Shown: positions 14,985 through 28,800 of the stretch, in pieces
Position numbering within the stretch: the stretch's first letter is position 1
Layout: the number at the start of each line of letters is the position of its first letter
DNA from: Heptranchias perlo
Taxonomy: Eukaryota
Length of the DNA: 64,000 nucleotides
Assembly (NCBI RefSeq): GCF_035084215.1
Contig: NC_090340.1
Location: forward strand, 34,348,001-34,412,000
Direction of reading: 5' to 3'
Made by a program: the position numbers and the translations under genes
Notes under the pieces: generated by a model
The model's input: only the letters and a program-made list of their open reading frames with translations
What the model was told of the DNA's origin: nothing
The model's database searches: none

Positions 14985-15330
14985 GTGAGTGGTAACAAAC
15001 TCACCTGAGTCAGAAGATCGTGGGTTCCAGCCCCTCTCCAGGATTTGACCATATAATCTAGACTAGCATTTCAATTCAGACTGTTCTTTCAGATGAGATG
15101 TTAAATTGAGGTTCCACCTGCATGTCCATGGGAATGTAAAAGATCTCATGGCACTTTTTCAAAGAAGAGCAGGGAGTTCTCATGGTGTTCTGATAATATT
15201 CATCCCTTAACCAATACCACTAAAACTGATTAACTGGTCATTTATCAGCTGTTTGTGGGCCTACTGCACAAATTGGCTGCTGTGGTTGCCTAAAGAACAG
15301 TGATTATACGTCAAAAAAATGTAATTCAAC
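14985..15330 (+). mobile_element. Deu-domain SINE (SacSINE1/AmnSINE1-like)
   Basis: tRNA-like head ctgagtcagaagatcgtgggttc; Deu core tgtaaaagatctcatggcact..gaagagcagggagttct; aaattggctgc. Confidence 0.75.
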
Positions 15331-15404
15331 TCTCCCTCTCCAAACCCCCTCCCCCTCATGGTTGCCCTTACTTGAGTCGTCATCCTCCTCAGTATTGAAA
15401 ACTT

Positions 15405-15785
15405 GCTTGCGGGTGAAGTCGGTTTAGTGGTGAGTTAGGTCACCTCTGGACCCGAGTCTGAATCCAACCTAGACTGATGAGATGAAAGTCTCCTTCGCTA
15501 GCTAAAAGAGTCCTACGAAAAATTAATTTGGATAGTCTCAACCAGTCCAAGTGAGCAGTGCCTACAGCACAAAACTGTCCCTAATTCACCACAAGATGAC
15601 TGATATGTGAAATGGTCCAAATATCACACTGATGCTGTTCTTCTGAAGTTAGGGTTGAAGCACTTCACTGGGACACAATAGACTCTGCATCTAGCTGTGC
15701 TATACCTGCCTTGGAATTGATTGATGCATACACTGGGTGGCTGAAATGGGAAGAATTCCATTCCTAAATACTAACATTTCTCACT
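15405..15785 (+). mobile_element. LF-SINE-like element
   Basis: Collinear motifs recalled from the LF-SINE consensus: cacctct..aatcca.c.ag..gaaagtc..ccta..aaa..ttgg..gtctca.ccagt..agtg..ca.cacaaaac..agggttga.gcac..tgct.tacctg. Confidence 0.6.
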
Positions 15786-16300
15786 TTTAGCACAAAAACA
15801 TGGCCAAATCCATGCTGTCAGGGTACCCTTGAACTTCCTTCCTGCTTCTCTTCCTACCTGGACTGGTCAGCCACGTCCAATTCTTATCCTGTATCACTCT
15901 GCTTGTGATGTATTGGAATATGTGATCCAGAAACCTCTCCACTTGCTGCATGTAACAGTCTGCTGCTCCTCAAGCTCAGCAATTTCAAGCATGAGCGAAG
16001 ACAGGAGGCAATACTTCCTGCAAGCGTGTTTGCCTTGGATGCTCAAACCATCCATCCAGATGTTCCAAGAATGGTAGAAAATTAAATGTATTTCAAAAGT
16101 GTGCCTTACAGTACTGTTGTTTACCAAATTCAGCTTGCATTTATGTTCTCAAATATTCCAGAAAGCGCACTTACTTAAAATTATGCTTGTGTACAAACAA
16201 CTGAATATGTGGATGTGTCACTCATTATATAGTGAGCTGTACTTTTTAGCAATTCTGAGAACTGATATTAGCACCTTTTCACTTTGTTCTTGCTTTTTAG

Positions 16301-16559
16301 GGCTTTACCAGAGAGGCCAAATGCAATGCTTGGTCAAAATGTACCACTTGCAGCACCCTCTGCCATTTTCCCATTCGCCTTGAGACAACCTCCGATCCCT
16401 CCTTTGCGATCGAAAGAGGAAACTGAACAACTAAAACAAGAGTTGTTGAAGATATTTCCCGAGTTCAGACAAAGGCAGAAAATTGATCAAATTCTTGCAG
16501 CACAGCCACATATGAGGGACCCTAATGCACTGTCTGCAATGGTGCTGGATCAAGAATAA
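16301..16559 (+). CDS. N4BP1: N4BP1 terminal coding exon: Pro-rich linker plus CUE-like (CoCUN) ubiquitin-binding domain, stop TAA
   Basis: Polypyrimidine tract tgctttttAG; phase compatible; [46 protein letters not shown] matches the N4BP1 C-terminus. Confidence 0.93.
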
Positions 16560-19500
16560 GTTGCCACGTAATAATTGTTCATATGTTCTTAATGTTAGAA
16601 TATAAATGTTAATTTGGGGGGTACCCAGTCTAACTTCACAGTTGACCAGTAGTAAAGTGGCAAAGCCCTTCTTCACCGCGCCATGATTGCTTGTCTGAGT
16701 TGAGGCAGAAGCTGGCCTTTGAGCCAAAAATTTTGAGGTTTTTGCTCAGTCAGTGGCTGCAGCATTTCCACGGGACAGAAGAAACTGGTACAAGTCTCAT
16801 CTCAATTAATCTACTTTTAGCCTATGTGTCCTCCTTCTGTCTCAGCTGGAGTAATGCTGAGTCAAACATCTTTTGCCTCCTTTCATTTAAGGGCTCATGG
16901 TGATAAAGGTAGCTTGAAGAATAGGATGAGAAAATGGGAAGTCATTTTTCAATTAACCTTTCAGCATTTCCTATTGTAAAGTATAAGATCTGAAGGTATT
17001 CTTTTTAGAGAATAAGTTTTTAGCATAGATTTGCAAAGATTGAATATTCAGCAAAAGAATATTTCACTTATAGACAAGCCAGTGTATAAACTGGTTGATA
17101 TTTTATTTATTTACTGGCTGTGAGAACATGTAAATAGTACCAAAATTATATATTTTTGTTGACAAATATTGAAGTGTAAATTTCTAAAGTTCTTTGATTG
17201 GATGGCTACCTATCAACAACACTTTTTGAGAATGTATTTTGTTAAACAAAAACTAGCCGGTAAAACTGTAGCTGTAAACATTGAACAAAAGTGCTTAAAA
17301 TACTTCAAATCGATCACTACTGAAATGCCTAAAGTTGGATTAAAGTTGTACTTTAATGCTTTGTTTTCTAGTATGCTACTTTTTGTTTTTCAACCAGTTT
17401 CTGAAATGTAGCATCACCCAGCATTCTTCATGTCAGTGACAGTTTTGCCATGTTCAATCAGATTAAGGATTTCCCTGATATCTCTGCACATTTACTCAAT
17501 GAGCAGAGCCATAACGAACTCGGATGGTCTAGGTTTGATCCCTGATTTCTGCTACTTTAACTGATCACAGCTGGGTGGCTGTTGGCTCACATATATAATG
17601 AGCACTTTTATGCAGTAATGGGGGGTGGGTAATGCTGTTAAATTGTACCCTAGGAAGGAATCAGTGTCTCCTAGAAATTATGGGAAAAGAGAAAACTGGC
17701 AATATCTTGAAAGCTCTTGAGAAATTTCTCGCCATTTTAGATTGGTGTATTTTTTCTTTTAAGAAAATGAGTAATGTTTATTGGATTGTCATTTTAACTT
17801 TCTAGAGCAGATTGGATTATCAAGATATGGTTTAATATTTTATCATTTGCATCTGATAGGATGTCGAGCTGAATGGGTTCTTTATCCAATACTTTGTATA
17901 GTGTTACTACCTTTCATCAATTACAAAATCGTTGATTAAAGTTTGTAAATAATTTTTGAGCACTGCTTGTCCTATTAACTAAAGCAAGTGCTGAAATGAA
18001 CATTTTGAAGCCTTTTTTCTGTAACTGTTGTGCAAAAACAATGCTGTTGCTTCATGGGATGATATGATATTGCAGTTTAATTGTCATTTTTTATAAATGT
18101 GTTAATCTGAAACTCAAGCATTCAATAACATTTTTATCTTAAATTTCAATTTAAAATTTGACTTATTAATGCAGTCTTGTGCAAATGCTGTACTTCCGAT
18201 TCAGTAAGTTTAATTCATATCCTCCAGGGTCAAGTAAACTTTGCTGTCCTTGGGTAAGTTTTAGTGTTTCTTTTTGTGTATTTTAACTGGGCTGCTACAT
18301 GCCCCTTTAGGGACAGTGTCCCTCAGAATATTAGCTATTTTATCAGGGCTGTACTGAATCCAACCAAACAAAATTCCAGATCATCTTTGTTTCCTAAAGT
18401 ATTGTTTGACAATATTTTTGAGGGTAAAGTCCAGTTTCCCAAGCCACAGACCAGCTAAAGCTGTATGTATATGGGCAGCCTGATCGCATGCTCTATGTGG
18501 CCCAGAAACAACCTATGCTGCTGCTTTTGAGATTTTTTGATTGTTGCTTCACATAATAATTAAGATAAGTTGCCACAGCCAGCATTTAATGAGTTACATT
18601 TCATAAACCCAATTGATAGACCTCAAGGGTTTGACAATACTTTGTGCATTGCTAATTACTGCTTTTTAAAATATATTTACATATACAAAGATAATTGACA
18701 ATGTAATCAAAAAAGTTTCAATATTACAAATACACAGTTGTTACACTCAACCAACTGTAAGTGTAATGAGACTCAATTTCAACATGCAATATGTAAATGA
18801 TTACAGTACATGCTTACAAATTGCAATGTAATTTATGTAACAAGGTAACTGCATTTCACCATTGATTTTATAACTTGGATGATCCAGATGTACAACCTCT
18901 GATCAGCCTGTAGATTAACTGATGCATACAAACCTCTCTCTAGAATACATCTTCACTGGTTCACTTGCAATCTACTAGTTAGGAGGTTAATTTCTTTTTC
19001 TATGATAATGCTAACTTTTTTTCATCTTCAAGCTCTTTTGATTTTGACTATTGCAGATACTTCTAACTTGCATAACATTACTGTCTCCTATTACTTCTAA
19101 CATACTAGTTTATCACAACTATAGCATTACTTCAAGCACTGACTAATCAGTCTTTCTTCAAGGTTAGAGTTCTAATTAAAACTACACAAGCATGTCCTTA
19201 AACTTTAGCTGTCCAGCGTTCTATCTCTGCAGCACTTTCCCCATCTGCGTTTAATTAAAAGCCAGCAAGTTTCACATTCTTGATACTGCTTGTATGAAAG
19301 ATTTAAGTGAGAAACATTCCTTGCTATTGGACCATAGAATCTCTGTCTGGTTTAGCTTATCATTGATTCTTGAGGTCAGGCACAGTTCAGGTACTTTCTA
19401 GCTTTATTACATTCCTACATTACAAAAGTGACTACACTTCAAAAGTACTTCATTGGCTGTAAAGCACTTTGGGATGTCTAGAGGTTGTGAAAGGTGCTAT

Positions 19501-20124
19501 AGAAATATGTTTTTTATTTTATGCAATGGCATGTAGTAAACTTCAGTCTATAGTGTTGGATTTGTTCCAGCTTTCTTTGGTAAATTCTCAGGATCTAGAT
19601 ATTAACAGCAGAATTTCCAGTTGCATGGCAAAGAATAGGAAGCTCTATTAGCTGACCCAGGTAAAGGTTCAAGGGAATAGAATTTCAAAAGAAAGGCCAA
19701 GTATGTCGGATGAGCTTCAAATCAACATTCACCTGTTAATTTTTTTTCCACAAACTTCAAGAAAAATCCAAGTTATATAGTGTATGGTTCTTCAACACAC
19801 TATGGTAGTAGTTGGGTTCAGGCTGTGACAATAGTCATGGGTATAATGCATATTCTTTTACCTTTTCCTGGAGTTGGTAAAAGTTACTTATCAAGTGATG
19901 TTGTATAGGAGCCCAAATGGTTCTCTGCTAATGCTTGGGCCTTCAGCAAGGTGAGGAAGTATTTCATTTGGAAAATGAGCCCTATATTCTAGTGAAATAA
20001 ACCCTGCTTTTACTGCTGCATTACATCACAACGTCAAATTACGAGATTCTGATGCGTCTTGATGCTCAGCAAATGAATAGAACTTTTTCACCCCCCCAAC
20101 CTGCTCTCCACCTATTTGTACACA

Positions 20125-21300
20125 GTTGAGCATAAGGTGAGAGTAACTACCCTTGACATTAAGGTAGCATTTGACTGACTGTGTCACCAAGGAGTCCTAG
20201 TAAAATTGAAGTCCGTGGGAATCGGGGAAATCTCTCCAGTGGCTGGAGTCATACCTAGCACAAAGGAAGATGGTAGTGATTGTTGGAAGCCAATCCTCTC
20301 AGCTCCAGGACATTGCTGTAGGAGTTCCTCAGGGCAGTTTCCTATACCCAACCATCTTCAGCTGCATCATCAATGACCTTCCCTCCATCATAAAGTCAGA
20401 AATGGGGATGTTCGCTGATGATTGCACAGTGTTCAGTTCCATTCACAACCCCTCAAATAATGAAGCAGTCTGTGCCTGTGTGCAGCAAGACCTGGCCAAC
20501 ATCCAGGCTTGGGCTCATAAGTGGCAATTAACATTCATGCCAGGCAAGTGGCAGGTGATGACCATCTCCAACAAGAGAGAGTCTAACCATCTCCCCTTAA
20601 CATTCAATAGTATTACCATCGCTGAATCCCCCACAATCAACATCCTGGGGGTCACCATTGACCAGAAACTTAACTGGACCAGCCACATAAATACTGTGGC
20701 TACAAGAGCAGGTCAGAGGCTGGGTATTTTGAGGTGAGTGACTCACCTTACCAAAGCCTTTCCACCATGTATAAGGCACAAGTCAGGAGTGTGATGGAAT
20801 ACTCTCCACTTGCCTGGATGAGTGCAGCTCCAACAATACTCAAGAAGCTCAACACCATCCACGACAAAGCAGCCTGCTTGATTGGCACCCTATCCACCAA
20901 CCTAAACATTCACTCCCTTCACCACCAGCGCACCATGGCTGCAGTGTGTACCATCTACAAGATGCACTGCAGCAACTCGCCAAGGCTCCTTCGCCAGCAC
21001 TTCCCAAACCTATGACCTCTACCACCTAGAAGGACAAGGGCAGCAGGCACATGGGAACAACACCACCTGTACATTCCCTTCCAAGTCACACACCAACTTG
21101 GAAATATATCGCCGTTATTCGTCGCTGGGTCAAAATCCTGGAACTCACTACCTAACAGCAATGGGAGAACCTTCACCACCTCCGGACTGCAGCAGTTCAA
21201 GAAGGCGGCTCACCACCACTTTCTCAAGGGCAATTAGGGATGGGCAATAAATGCTGGCATTGCCAGTGACACCCACATCCCATGAAGGAATAAAAAAAAT
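20125..21300 (+). mobile_element. 5'-truncated non-LTR retrotransposon (CR1/L2-group), RT C-terminal half plus poly(A) tail
   Basis: ORFs 20270-20737 (GVPQGS..INDL..MFADD) and 20734-21015 (YKAQVRSVMEYS); ends gaataaaaaaaa; same tail reversed at 31545-31770. Confidence 0.9.
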
Positions 21301-21339
21301 GCAGAGTGGCGTGTTTTTGTAGGTAATAACTCATCTGGT

Positions 21340-21762
21340 TAATCTGAAATGAAATAAGGAAATGCTGAAGATACATGTGTCAGTCGGCATATGTAAAGAG
21401 ATTTGATCATATAATCTATACTGATCTTTCAGTGCATTACTGTGGGAGTACTGCATTTCAGAGATGTCATCCTTCAATTGAATCATTAAGCCAGGTAGAT
21501 GTAAAAGATGCACTTACTACCCCCTCAAGTGGATGTAAAAGATCCAATGGCACAATTTTAAGAAGAGCAGGGAAGTTCTGGTATCAACATTTATTTCCGA
21601 ACCAACATCACTTAGAAAAATAACAGATTATCTCATCCTTTATCTTGAGTGCAAATTGGCAGGCACATTTCCCTACAATAGTGCTTGTGCTTCAAAAGTA
21701 GTTAATTGACTGAAGCACCTTGGGATGTCATGAAAAGTGCTTAATGAATGCAAATTCTTTCT
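21340..21762 (+). mobile_element. Deu-domain SINE copy
   Basis: gtggatgtaaaagatccaatggcac..gaagagcagggaagttct; L2-like tail cttcaaaagta..tgggatgtc..aatgcaaattctttct; small internal duplication of gatgtaaaagat. Confidence 0.7.
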
Positions 21763-21904
21763 AATTGTGGTCATGTGAATTAATGGGAGGATGGATGAAA
21801 GAAGAAAGAGTTAAATAATATAAAACTTCTATAGACCTTTTGTGTACCTTATTAAATATAAGCTTCCATATCTCTGGGTTCTTCATTTAAAACTCTATAT
21901 TGAA

Positions 21905-22105
21905 TTACATAGAATGTTCTGCACATTCAGCCAAATGGTCCATGCTAGTGTTTCTGCTCCATACGAGCCTCCTTCCACCTCTCTTTATCTAATCCTATCA
22001 GCATAACCTTCCAATCCTTTCTCCCTCATGTGTTTATCTAGCTTCCCCTTAAATGAATCCATGCTAATGGCTTCAATTACTCCTTGTGGTAGTGAGTTCC
22101 ACAGA
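21905..22105 (-). mobile_element. CR1 3' tail fragment
   Basis: Reverse-complement similarity to the tail at 5400-5595. Confidence 0.6.
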
Positions 22106-22776
22106 ATTAATCAAATCTAAAGATAATTGGAATGCTATTCTGAGAGAGTTAGGGTACTAGGGGGATGAGCGTTTATTGGTTGAGTGGTTGTTACTTGTCC
22201 TTGGCTTCTCATGTACTTATTTCCAATTACTGTGAAGACTATAGTAGGCACAACCTAAAACTTGCTACAGATAAAATCCATCACTATTGTTGTTGACCCA
22301 AATTCTGTGGAGTTTTGCAGGAAAACAAGGTAACAGAAAGAACCCAGAACAAAACACTTCTGTAATTTTCAAACTTCAACCCTTTTGTCCATTTTATTGA
22401 CAATGTATTTGTCACATTGGGAGAATCTGTGACAAGTGACATGGAGGAAATTGTATTCTTCACCAGTTTTTTTTGAGGACATGTAGCCTTGGAATATTTT
22501 CAAGAAACGCAGCTAGAGAGGAGATAGCTACTTTTCACACTTAATAATGTGTGATTCATCTTTATGCAATACTTAACGTACTAAGATGTATTTGCACAGG
22601 TACCCTACATAACTAAACTTACCGTGACTATATTTATATTGCAGTAGCTTTATAGTGCTTGCATTACAACCAAAGACACGCTTGAAAAATGTGATCTCTG
22701 TGCACATCTAGTTAATATCCAATTTTGGACATTACACTGAAAATTGTTAAGCTTGCACCAGTATTACAAAAACATG

Positions 22777-23514
22777 TTGGTCCAGAATTTGCCGTGGCCG
22801 GTCAATGAATGGCGCCCGCTGTTAGTTAGACCTGCCCTTGCCTGTTTAAACTCCATGATATCTTGCACCGCATGTTGCTGGAAGTGCGAGATGGAAATGA
22901 AGCATTGTCCCCTATGGACACCTGGGATCTGAGTGAACAGGGCAAGCAACTGTGTATCTCCTTAACCAATCAGATTGAAGGATTGAGAAATAAACACCAC
23001 AAGGACTGAAGTGTAAATTAGAGTGGGTGAATTCAATGTCAAATCAGGTACAGAAAGAGAAATAAAGAGAGGGAAAGAAAGATTGGAGTAAGAAAAAAGA
23101 TTTATAAAAAATTTAATTTAAATTTTTTTTAAATCAACAATTAAAACCTGAAAGAATGAGATTCCATACTTGTAATAGTTACTTTTCAGCACCAGAAGGG
23201 TTGACTGGCAGTAATTAACTCATCATGTATTTGGACTGAAATCGTCAAGCCCTAATTTATGTGGCAAGTATTTCATATCTACCGCGCAAATACCAGGAAC
23301 CTCACGCCGTTCAATGCATTTGAACGGTGAGGCAGACAACGAGATCCCATTTTCATGAAGCTAACGGGGGAGTGGCGCATCTTAGACAGCAACTTTTGGA
23401 TTTCTGCATTCAACCACACATCTGCCCAAACCTGAAGTTGCTGTGCAATTTGCACATAAATAATGGGGAGCGTCTTTAGCCTCACCATTATTTTGACAAC
23501 AAATTCTGGACCAA
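22777..23514. mobile_element. Non-autonomous DNA transposon (Harbinger-type MITE)
   Basis: Perfect 15-bp terminal inverted repeat ttggtccagaatttg/caaattctggaccaa; ends resemble the gg..c.gatttt termini of the other Harbinger elements here; no ORF. Confidence 0.75.
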
Positions 23515-23883
23515 TGTAACCTTAACTCTTGTTAGGGCTGGATTTTGCTAGAGGGTGGGTGTAAACTGATTAAAAGAACACATTTGGTGGAGAAGAAAAT
23601 GCGTTATCAATGTATTGTTAAACCAATTAAAATTCTAACCTAGAAATCCAATCACGCTCAGGGACGGGGCACACTCTACACGCGCCTGTTGCAAGTGACT
23701 CTGGCAGCATGTAATATTCGTGCTGCCTGATCGGTATCATCATGTCGTGTGCTACTCATTGGCAGCAGGCCTATAGTGGGGGCTGGATATCGGGTGTCTG
23801 ATGCCACTTAAGGCAGCCAGTACCTCTTAAAGGGGTGGTTTATTCTGGCTGCAGGCACCAGGGAAACAGTTCTGAGTGAAGCT

Positions 23884-25714
23884 ATGGCTGAAGCAACTAG
23901 TGAGGGCATCAAGGTTCTCTGATGCTGCCTTGGAGGCCCTGGTGCAGGCAGTGGACAGGAGGAGAGACATCCTCTCTTACTGCCCCCCCCCCCCCCCCCC
24001 CTACAGCAGGTGACAGGAAGCCCTCCAGACATCTACTCCACCATCAGTGGGAAGAAATTACAGAGCATGTGAATGCCAGGAGCATTTCACCTAGGACATG
24101 GATGCAATGCTGGAAGAAATTCACTAATATAACTAGAGTTGTTAAGATAAGAATATTGCTCCCTCACTCTCTGCTCATAGTTGCACCACAGCCTCATTAA
24201 TCATAACACTCAGCACTTACAAGTCTCCCCTCCCCCGCTTCTCTTCAGTTTACAATAATCACTGCACCACAATTCACTACACCTCCTTCTCCTCATACTC
24301 TCACCACTATTATAACCCTCAACTTACCCACAACTCACATCTCACACACTGACTATCAGCTTTTCTACCATTACAGCCACATTCTCCAAACACCTCAAAA
24401 GACTCACGAACACACTCCTTTCAGGAAAAGGTTGCACATGCCTCCAGACAACAGGCTGCCATCAGAGGACATAGAGCCCACCTGCACGTCCTCTTCCCCA
24501 TCGAAGAAAGTCACCGTGGGCTGTGGCAGAGTTGAGGCCGTGGCGACTGGCAACGCTGGAGGAGACATCACAAAGGCTTTCTTCATACCTAATCCTCGTT
24601 GTCCCTTCTGATTTCTCTCACCCCATATACTCTGCAGATACTTTCACCATCCACTTCTCTCTCTGTTCTCCCTTCATGCCACAAGCTAACCCTTGTCCCT
24701 CTCATTTCAACTGCTGAGAATGTGGAATCCCCTGTACCAGTGGAGGAAGAGCAGATGAGCCTTCAGGAAGTTGCACCGTCACTCGATCTGACTCTCACAA
24801 GCACAAGCTCATTTAGTGACACCTTTAGAGGCTAGGTTAGAGGAGGTATCTGCACATGGTGACTCACCAGGCACATGTGTGCAGGAGCTAGGACAGGGGG
24901 ATAGGATGCAACAGGTGTCAGCTCGCTGGAGGGCGCATACTAGTTCTGCTGCAAAGGACTCAGATGCTAACTTCAAGGGCCCAAGCTACCGAAGAAGGCT
25001 GATGGGCATACATCAGGAGATGCTAGGTGCACTAGAGAGCTGCCGGAGAGTTTTGCGCAATGTCAGGTGCATGGAGGAGTCCAGCTTCAACTCGTCTCAA
25101 GGCTTTACACATGGAAACCATTCTGTTCAACATGGACTGAGTGGTCAGCTCCATTAACACAGTGGCACCCACCTCTGATGACAGCTTCCATGACAGGAAA
25201 GATTGTTGCCATGGAAGTTCAAGACAACTGCTGTGGAAGTTCAAACTGCTGCCATACAATCTCAGGCGGCTGCCATGTTGTCTCTGGGAGCCAATGTTGA
25301 CGGGCCTCCACGGTGTCCTGCACTCTGTTCTTGCGCAGAGCCGTAAGAGTGCTGAGGCTCCATCCTAGGAGAGTGGCCTTGGCTCCATGGCAGAGGCACC
25401 TGCTGTCCTCTCAGGATGACAGCATGCCTACTCCCCTGCCAGCCACTCCGCCAGTGCCCTTGCTGGTGCCATACAGCCAGCAGGGCCAATCTGCACCATC
25501 CCTCGCCGAGATACTGCAGTCTGCAGCCGGGACCTCTAGGCCCAGAGCTGCTTGTGGTAATCCTCCACGGCCATCTGAAGTATCCTCAATGGAAGCTCAG
25601 CAGCCTTCCACCTCCCATGCTGTGGCCACTGGGGAAACATTCCGTAAGAGCACTAGGATGGGGAAAGGAACACGCAAGACAGGCACTAAGGACTTAAACA
25701 GGGGTGATTCTTAA
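23884..25714 (+). pseudogene. Harbinger Myb/SANT-like DNA-binding protein gene, decayed, with introns
   Basis: RFSDAALEALVQAVDRRRDIL ... QWEEITEHVNARSISPRTWMQCWKKFTNITRVVK; C-terminus QQPSTSHAVATGETFRKSTR homologous to the copy at 34682-36549; frameshifts and a decayed donor. Confidence 0.8.
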
Positions 25715-25889
25715 TTGTTTCTGTAAACTATCACATAGATATGTAATTGAGTTGATTGATAAATTTGTTTCTTTTGTTCTGGATTTGATATTGGTGTTTA
25801 TCTTTGTAATGAAGTAAGGGCAAGGCCCATAAGTCTCGACTGAAGGAAGGCAATTGGTGCTAAGGGTTTTAGGACTTTTGGTGTATTGG

Positions 25890-28800
25890 GAATGGGAGGG
25901 CTGATTTAGGTGAAGTTCTCCTCCATGAGCTGGTCTCTGAGAGCTCTGGCAGGTAGAGGCACTGATGGTCACTGCCTCTCCTCCTCGCCGCTCCTGCACT
26001 TGTTTCTGGACAGGTGGTGGTAAAGGCTTGTCTCTCATGGAGGCATGCAGCAGACGATCTGCATACTCGCTCTGGTTTACTTCAAAGCTGCTCCGGAATG
26101 GTCAGCAGCGGAAGCATTGCTTGAGCACGCCGATTGTTTATGTGATGATGCCTCTCGTGACAGCATAGCGCTTGTTGTGTGCTTGCTGTGCAGCTGTGTG
26201 TGGGTTCTGACAGGAGTCATGAGCCAAGTGCGGGTGGCTATCCCTTATCGCCCAATGATCAACCTGTAACTTGGCAGCCTAGTTGGAATAAAGATGGCAC
26301 AGAGGATTAAGAACATAAGAAATAGGAGCAGGAGCAGGCCATACGGCCCCTCGAGTCTGCTCCACCATTCAATAAGATCATGGCTGATCTTTGGCCTCAA
26401 CTCTACTTCCCTGTCTGATCCCCATATCCCTTGATTCCCCTCGAGTCTAAAATTCTATCTATCTCAATCTTGAACATATTTAACAACTCAGCAGCCATAG
26501 CTCTCTGGGGTAGAGAATTCCAAAGATTCACAACCCTCTGAATGAAGAAATTCCTCCACATCTCAGTCTTAAATGGCCGACCCTTTATCCTGAGACTATG
26601 CTCCCTAGTTCTAGACTCACCAGCTAGGGGAAACAACCTCTCAGTATCTACGCTGTCAAGCCCCCTCAGAATCTTATATGTTTCAATGAGATCATCTCTC
26701 ATTCTTCTAAACTCCAGAGAGTACAGGCCCATTCTACTCAATCTCTCTTCATAGGACAACCCTCTCATCCCAGGAATTAATCTAGTGAACCTTTGTTGTA
26801 CCGCCTCCAAGGCAAGTATATCCTTCCTTAGATAAGGAGACCAAAACTGTACGCAGGACTCCAGGTGTGGTCTCACCAAAGCCCTGTACAATTGTAGTAA
26901 GACTTCCTTACTCTTGTACTCCATCCCCCTTGCAATAAAGGCCAACATGCCATTTGCCTTCCTAATTACTTGCTGTACCCGCATGCTAATTTTCTGTGTT
27001 TCTTGTATGAGGACACACAGATCTCTCTGAACCCCAACATTTAATAGGTTCTCACCATTTAAAAAATATTCTGCTTTTTTATTCTTTCTACCAACGTGCC
27101 TTACATTTCCGCACATTATAGTCCCTCTGCCACCTTCTTGTCCACTCACTTAACCTGTCTATATCCCTTTGCAGACTCTTTTTGTCCTCCTCACAACTTA
27201 CTTTCCCACCTAGCTTTATATTGTCAACAAACTTGGATACATTACACTTGGTCCCTTCATCTAAGTCATTAATATAGATTGTAAATAGCTGAGACCCCAG
27301 CACTGATCCTTGCGGCACCCCACTAATTACAGCCTGCCAACCTGAAAATGACCCATTTATCCCTACTCTCCGTTTTCTGTCCGTTACCCAATCCTCTATC
27401 TGTGCCAATATATTATCCCCAATCCTATAAGTCCTTATCATGCATAGCAACCTTTTATGCGGCACCTTATCGAATGCCTTTTAGAAATCCAAATATACTA
27501 CATCCACTGGTTCCCCTTTATCTACCCTGCTAGTAACATCCTCAAAGAACTCTAATAAATTTGTTAAATACAATTTCCCATTCATAAAACCATGTTGACT
27601 CTGCCTAATTATATTATGATTTTCTAAGAGCCCTGTTACAACTTTCTTAACAATGGATTCCAGCATTTCCTGACTACTGATGTCAGGCTAACTGGCCTGT
27701 AGTTCCCTATTTTCTTTCTCCCTCCTTTCTTCAATAGTGGTGTTACATTTGCTACCTTCCAATCCCCTGGGACCATTCTAGAATCTAGGGAATTTTGGAA
27801 GATCACAACCAATGCATTCACTATCTCTACTTTATACAGCCACCTCTTTTAGAACCCTATGATATAGGCCATCAGGTCCAGGGCATTTGTCGGCTTTTAG
27901 TCCCATTAGTTTGTCTAGTACTTTTTCTCTACTGATATTAATTGTTCTAAGTTCCTTACTCTCATTTGCTCCTTGGTTCCCTACTATTTCTGGTATGCTT
28001 TTTGTGTCTTCTACTGTGAAGACAGATACAAAATATTTGTTTAACCTCTCTGCCATTTCCTGATTCCCCATTATAATTTCTCCTGTCTCAGCCTCTAAGG
28101 AACCAATGTTTACTTTTGCTACGCTCTTCCTTTTTACATACTTGTAGAAGCTTTTACAATCTGTTTTTATATTTCTTACAGTTTACTCTCATATTCTACT
28201 TTCCCCCTTTAAATCAATTTTTTGGTCATCTTTTGCTGGTTTCTTAAACGCTCCCAATCCTCAGGCTTACTACTATTCTTCGCAACATTATAAGCCTCTT
28301 CTTTCAATCTAATACTAACCCTAACTTCTTTAATTAACCATGGATGGATCGCTTTTCCCGTGGACTTTTTATTTCTTAATAGAATGTATATTCGTTGAGA
28401 ATTCTGAAATATTTCTTTAAATGTATGCCACTGCTTATCTACTGTCATATCTTTTAATCTAATTTCCCAATCTACCTTGCCGCAGGATGAGTCAGGACAG
28501 CGGCCGGGATATAACGGGCACAGACCTGCATCATGCAATGCCTGTAGTCGCAAATCAGTTGTACATTGAGGGAGCGGAATCCCTTTCAATTGATAAAAAT
28601 GCCAGACTGGTGATAGGGAGCACACAAGGCAATGTGTCTCCAGTCTATGGTACCTTGCACCTTGGGGAAGCCTGCCATGCTCTCTCGTGAGATGTGGCTG
28701 ATGTCACCTGTTGCAGCTTGAAAGGAGCCTGTGGCATAGAGGTTGAGGGGCACTGTGACCTTGACAGGCACAGACAGTGCTGTCCATGCCCTGGTTCAAA

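Larger units (their letters stand above)
12480..16050 (-). mobile_element. Old long CR1 LINE (ORF1 to ORF2 endonuclease region) carrying nested younger insertions
   Basis: 12480-13400 decayed EN region (VYSRPS.., MGDFN-like); about 14760-14960 ORF1 esterase-like; 15900-16050 CRKYCLLSSLMLEIAELEEQ resembles the CR1 ORF1 N-terminal Zn-finger/leucine zipper. Confidence 0.55.

Noticed and set aside
15470-15540. CTGATGA...CGAAA resembling a hammerhead core
   Set aside because: No convincing stems II or III; explained as part of the LF-SINE-like element.
15822-16073. In-frame, phase-compatible candidate extra N4BP1 exon (ORF 15829-16077)
   Set aside because: Weak splice sites (gtagaa donor), no similarity to N4BP1, and the opposite strand reads as CR1 ORF1.
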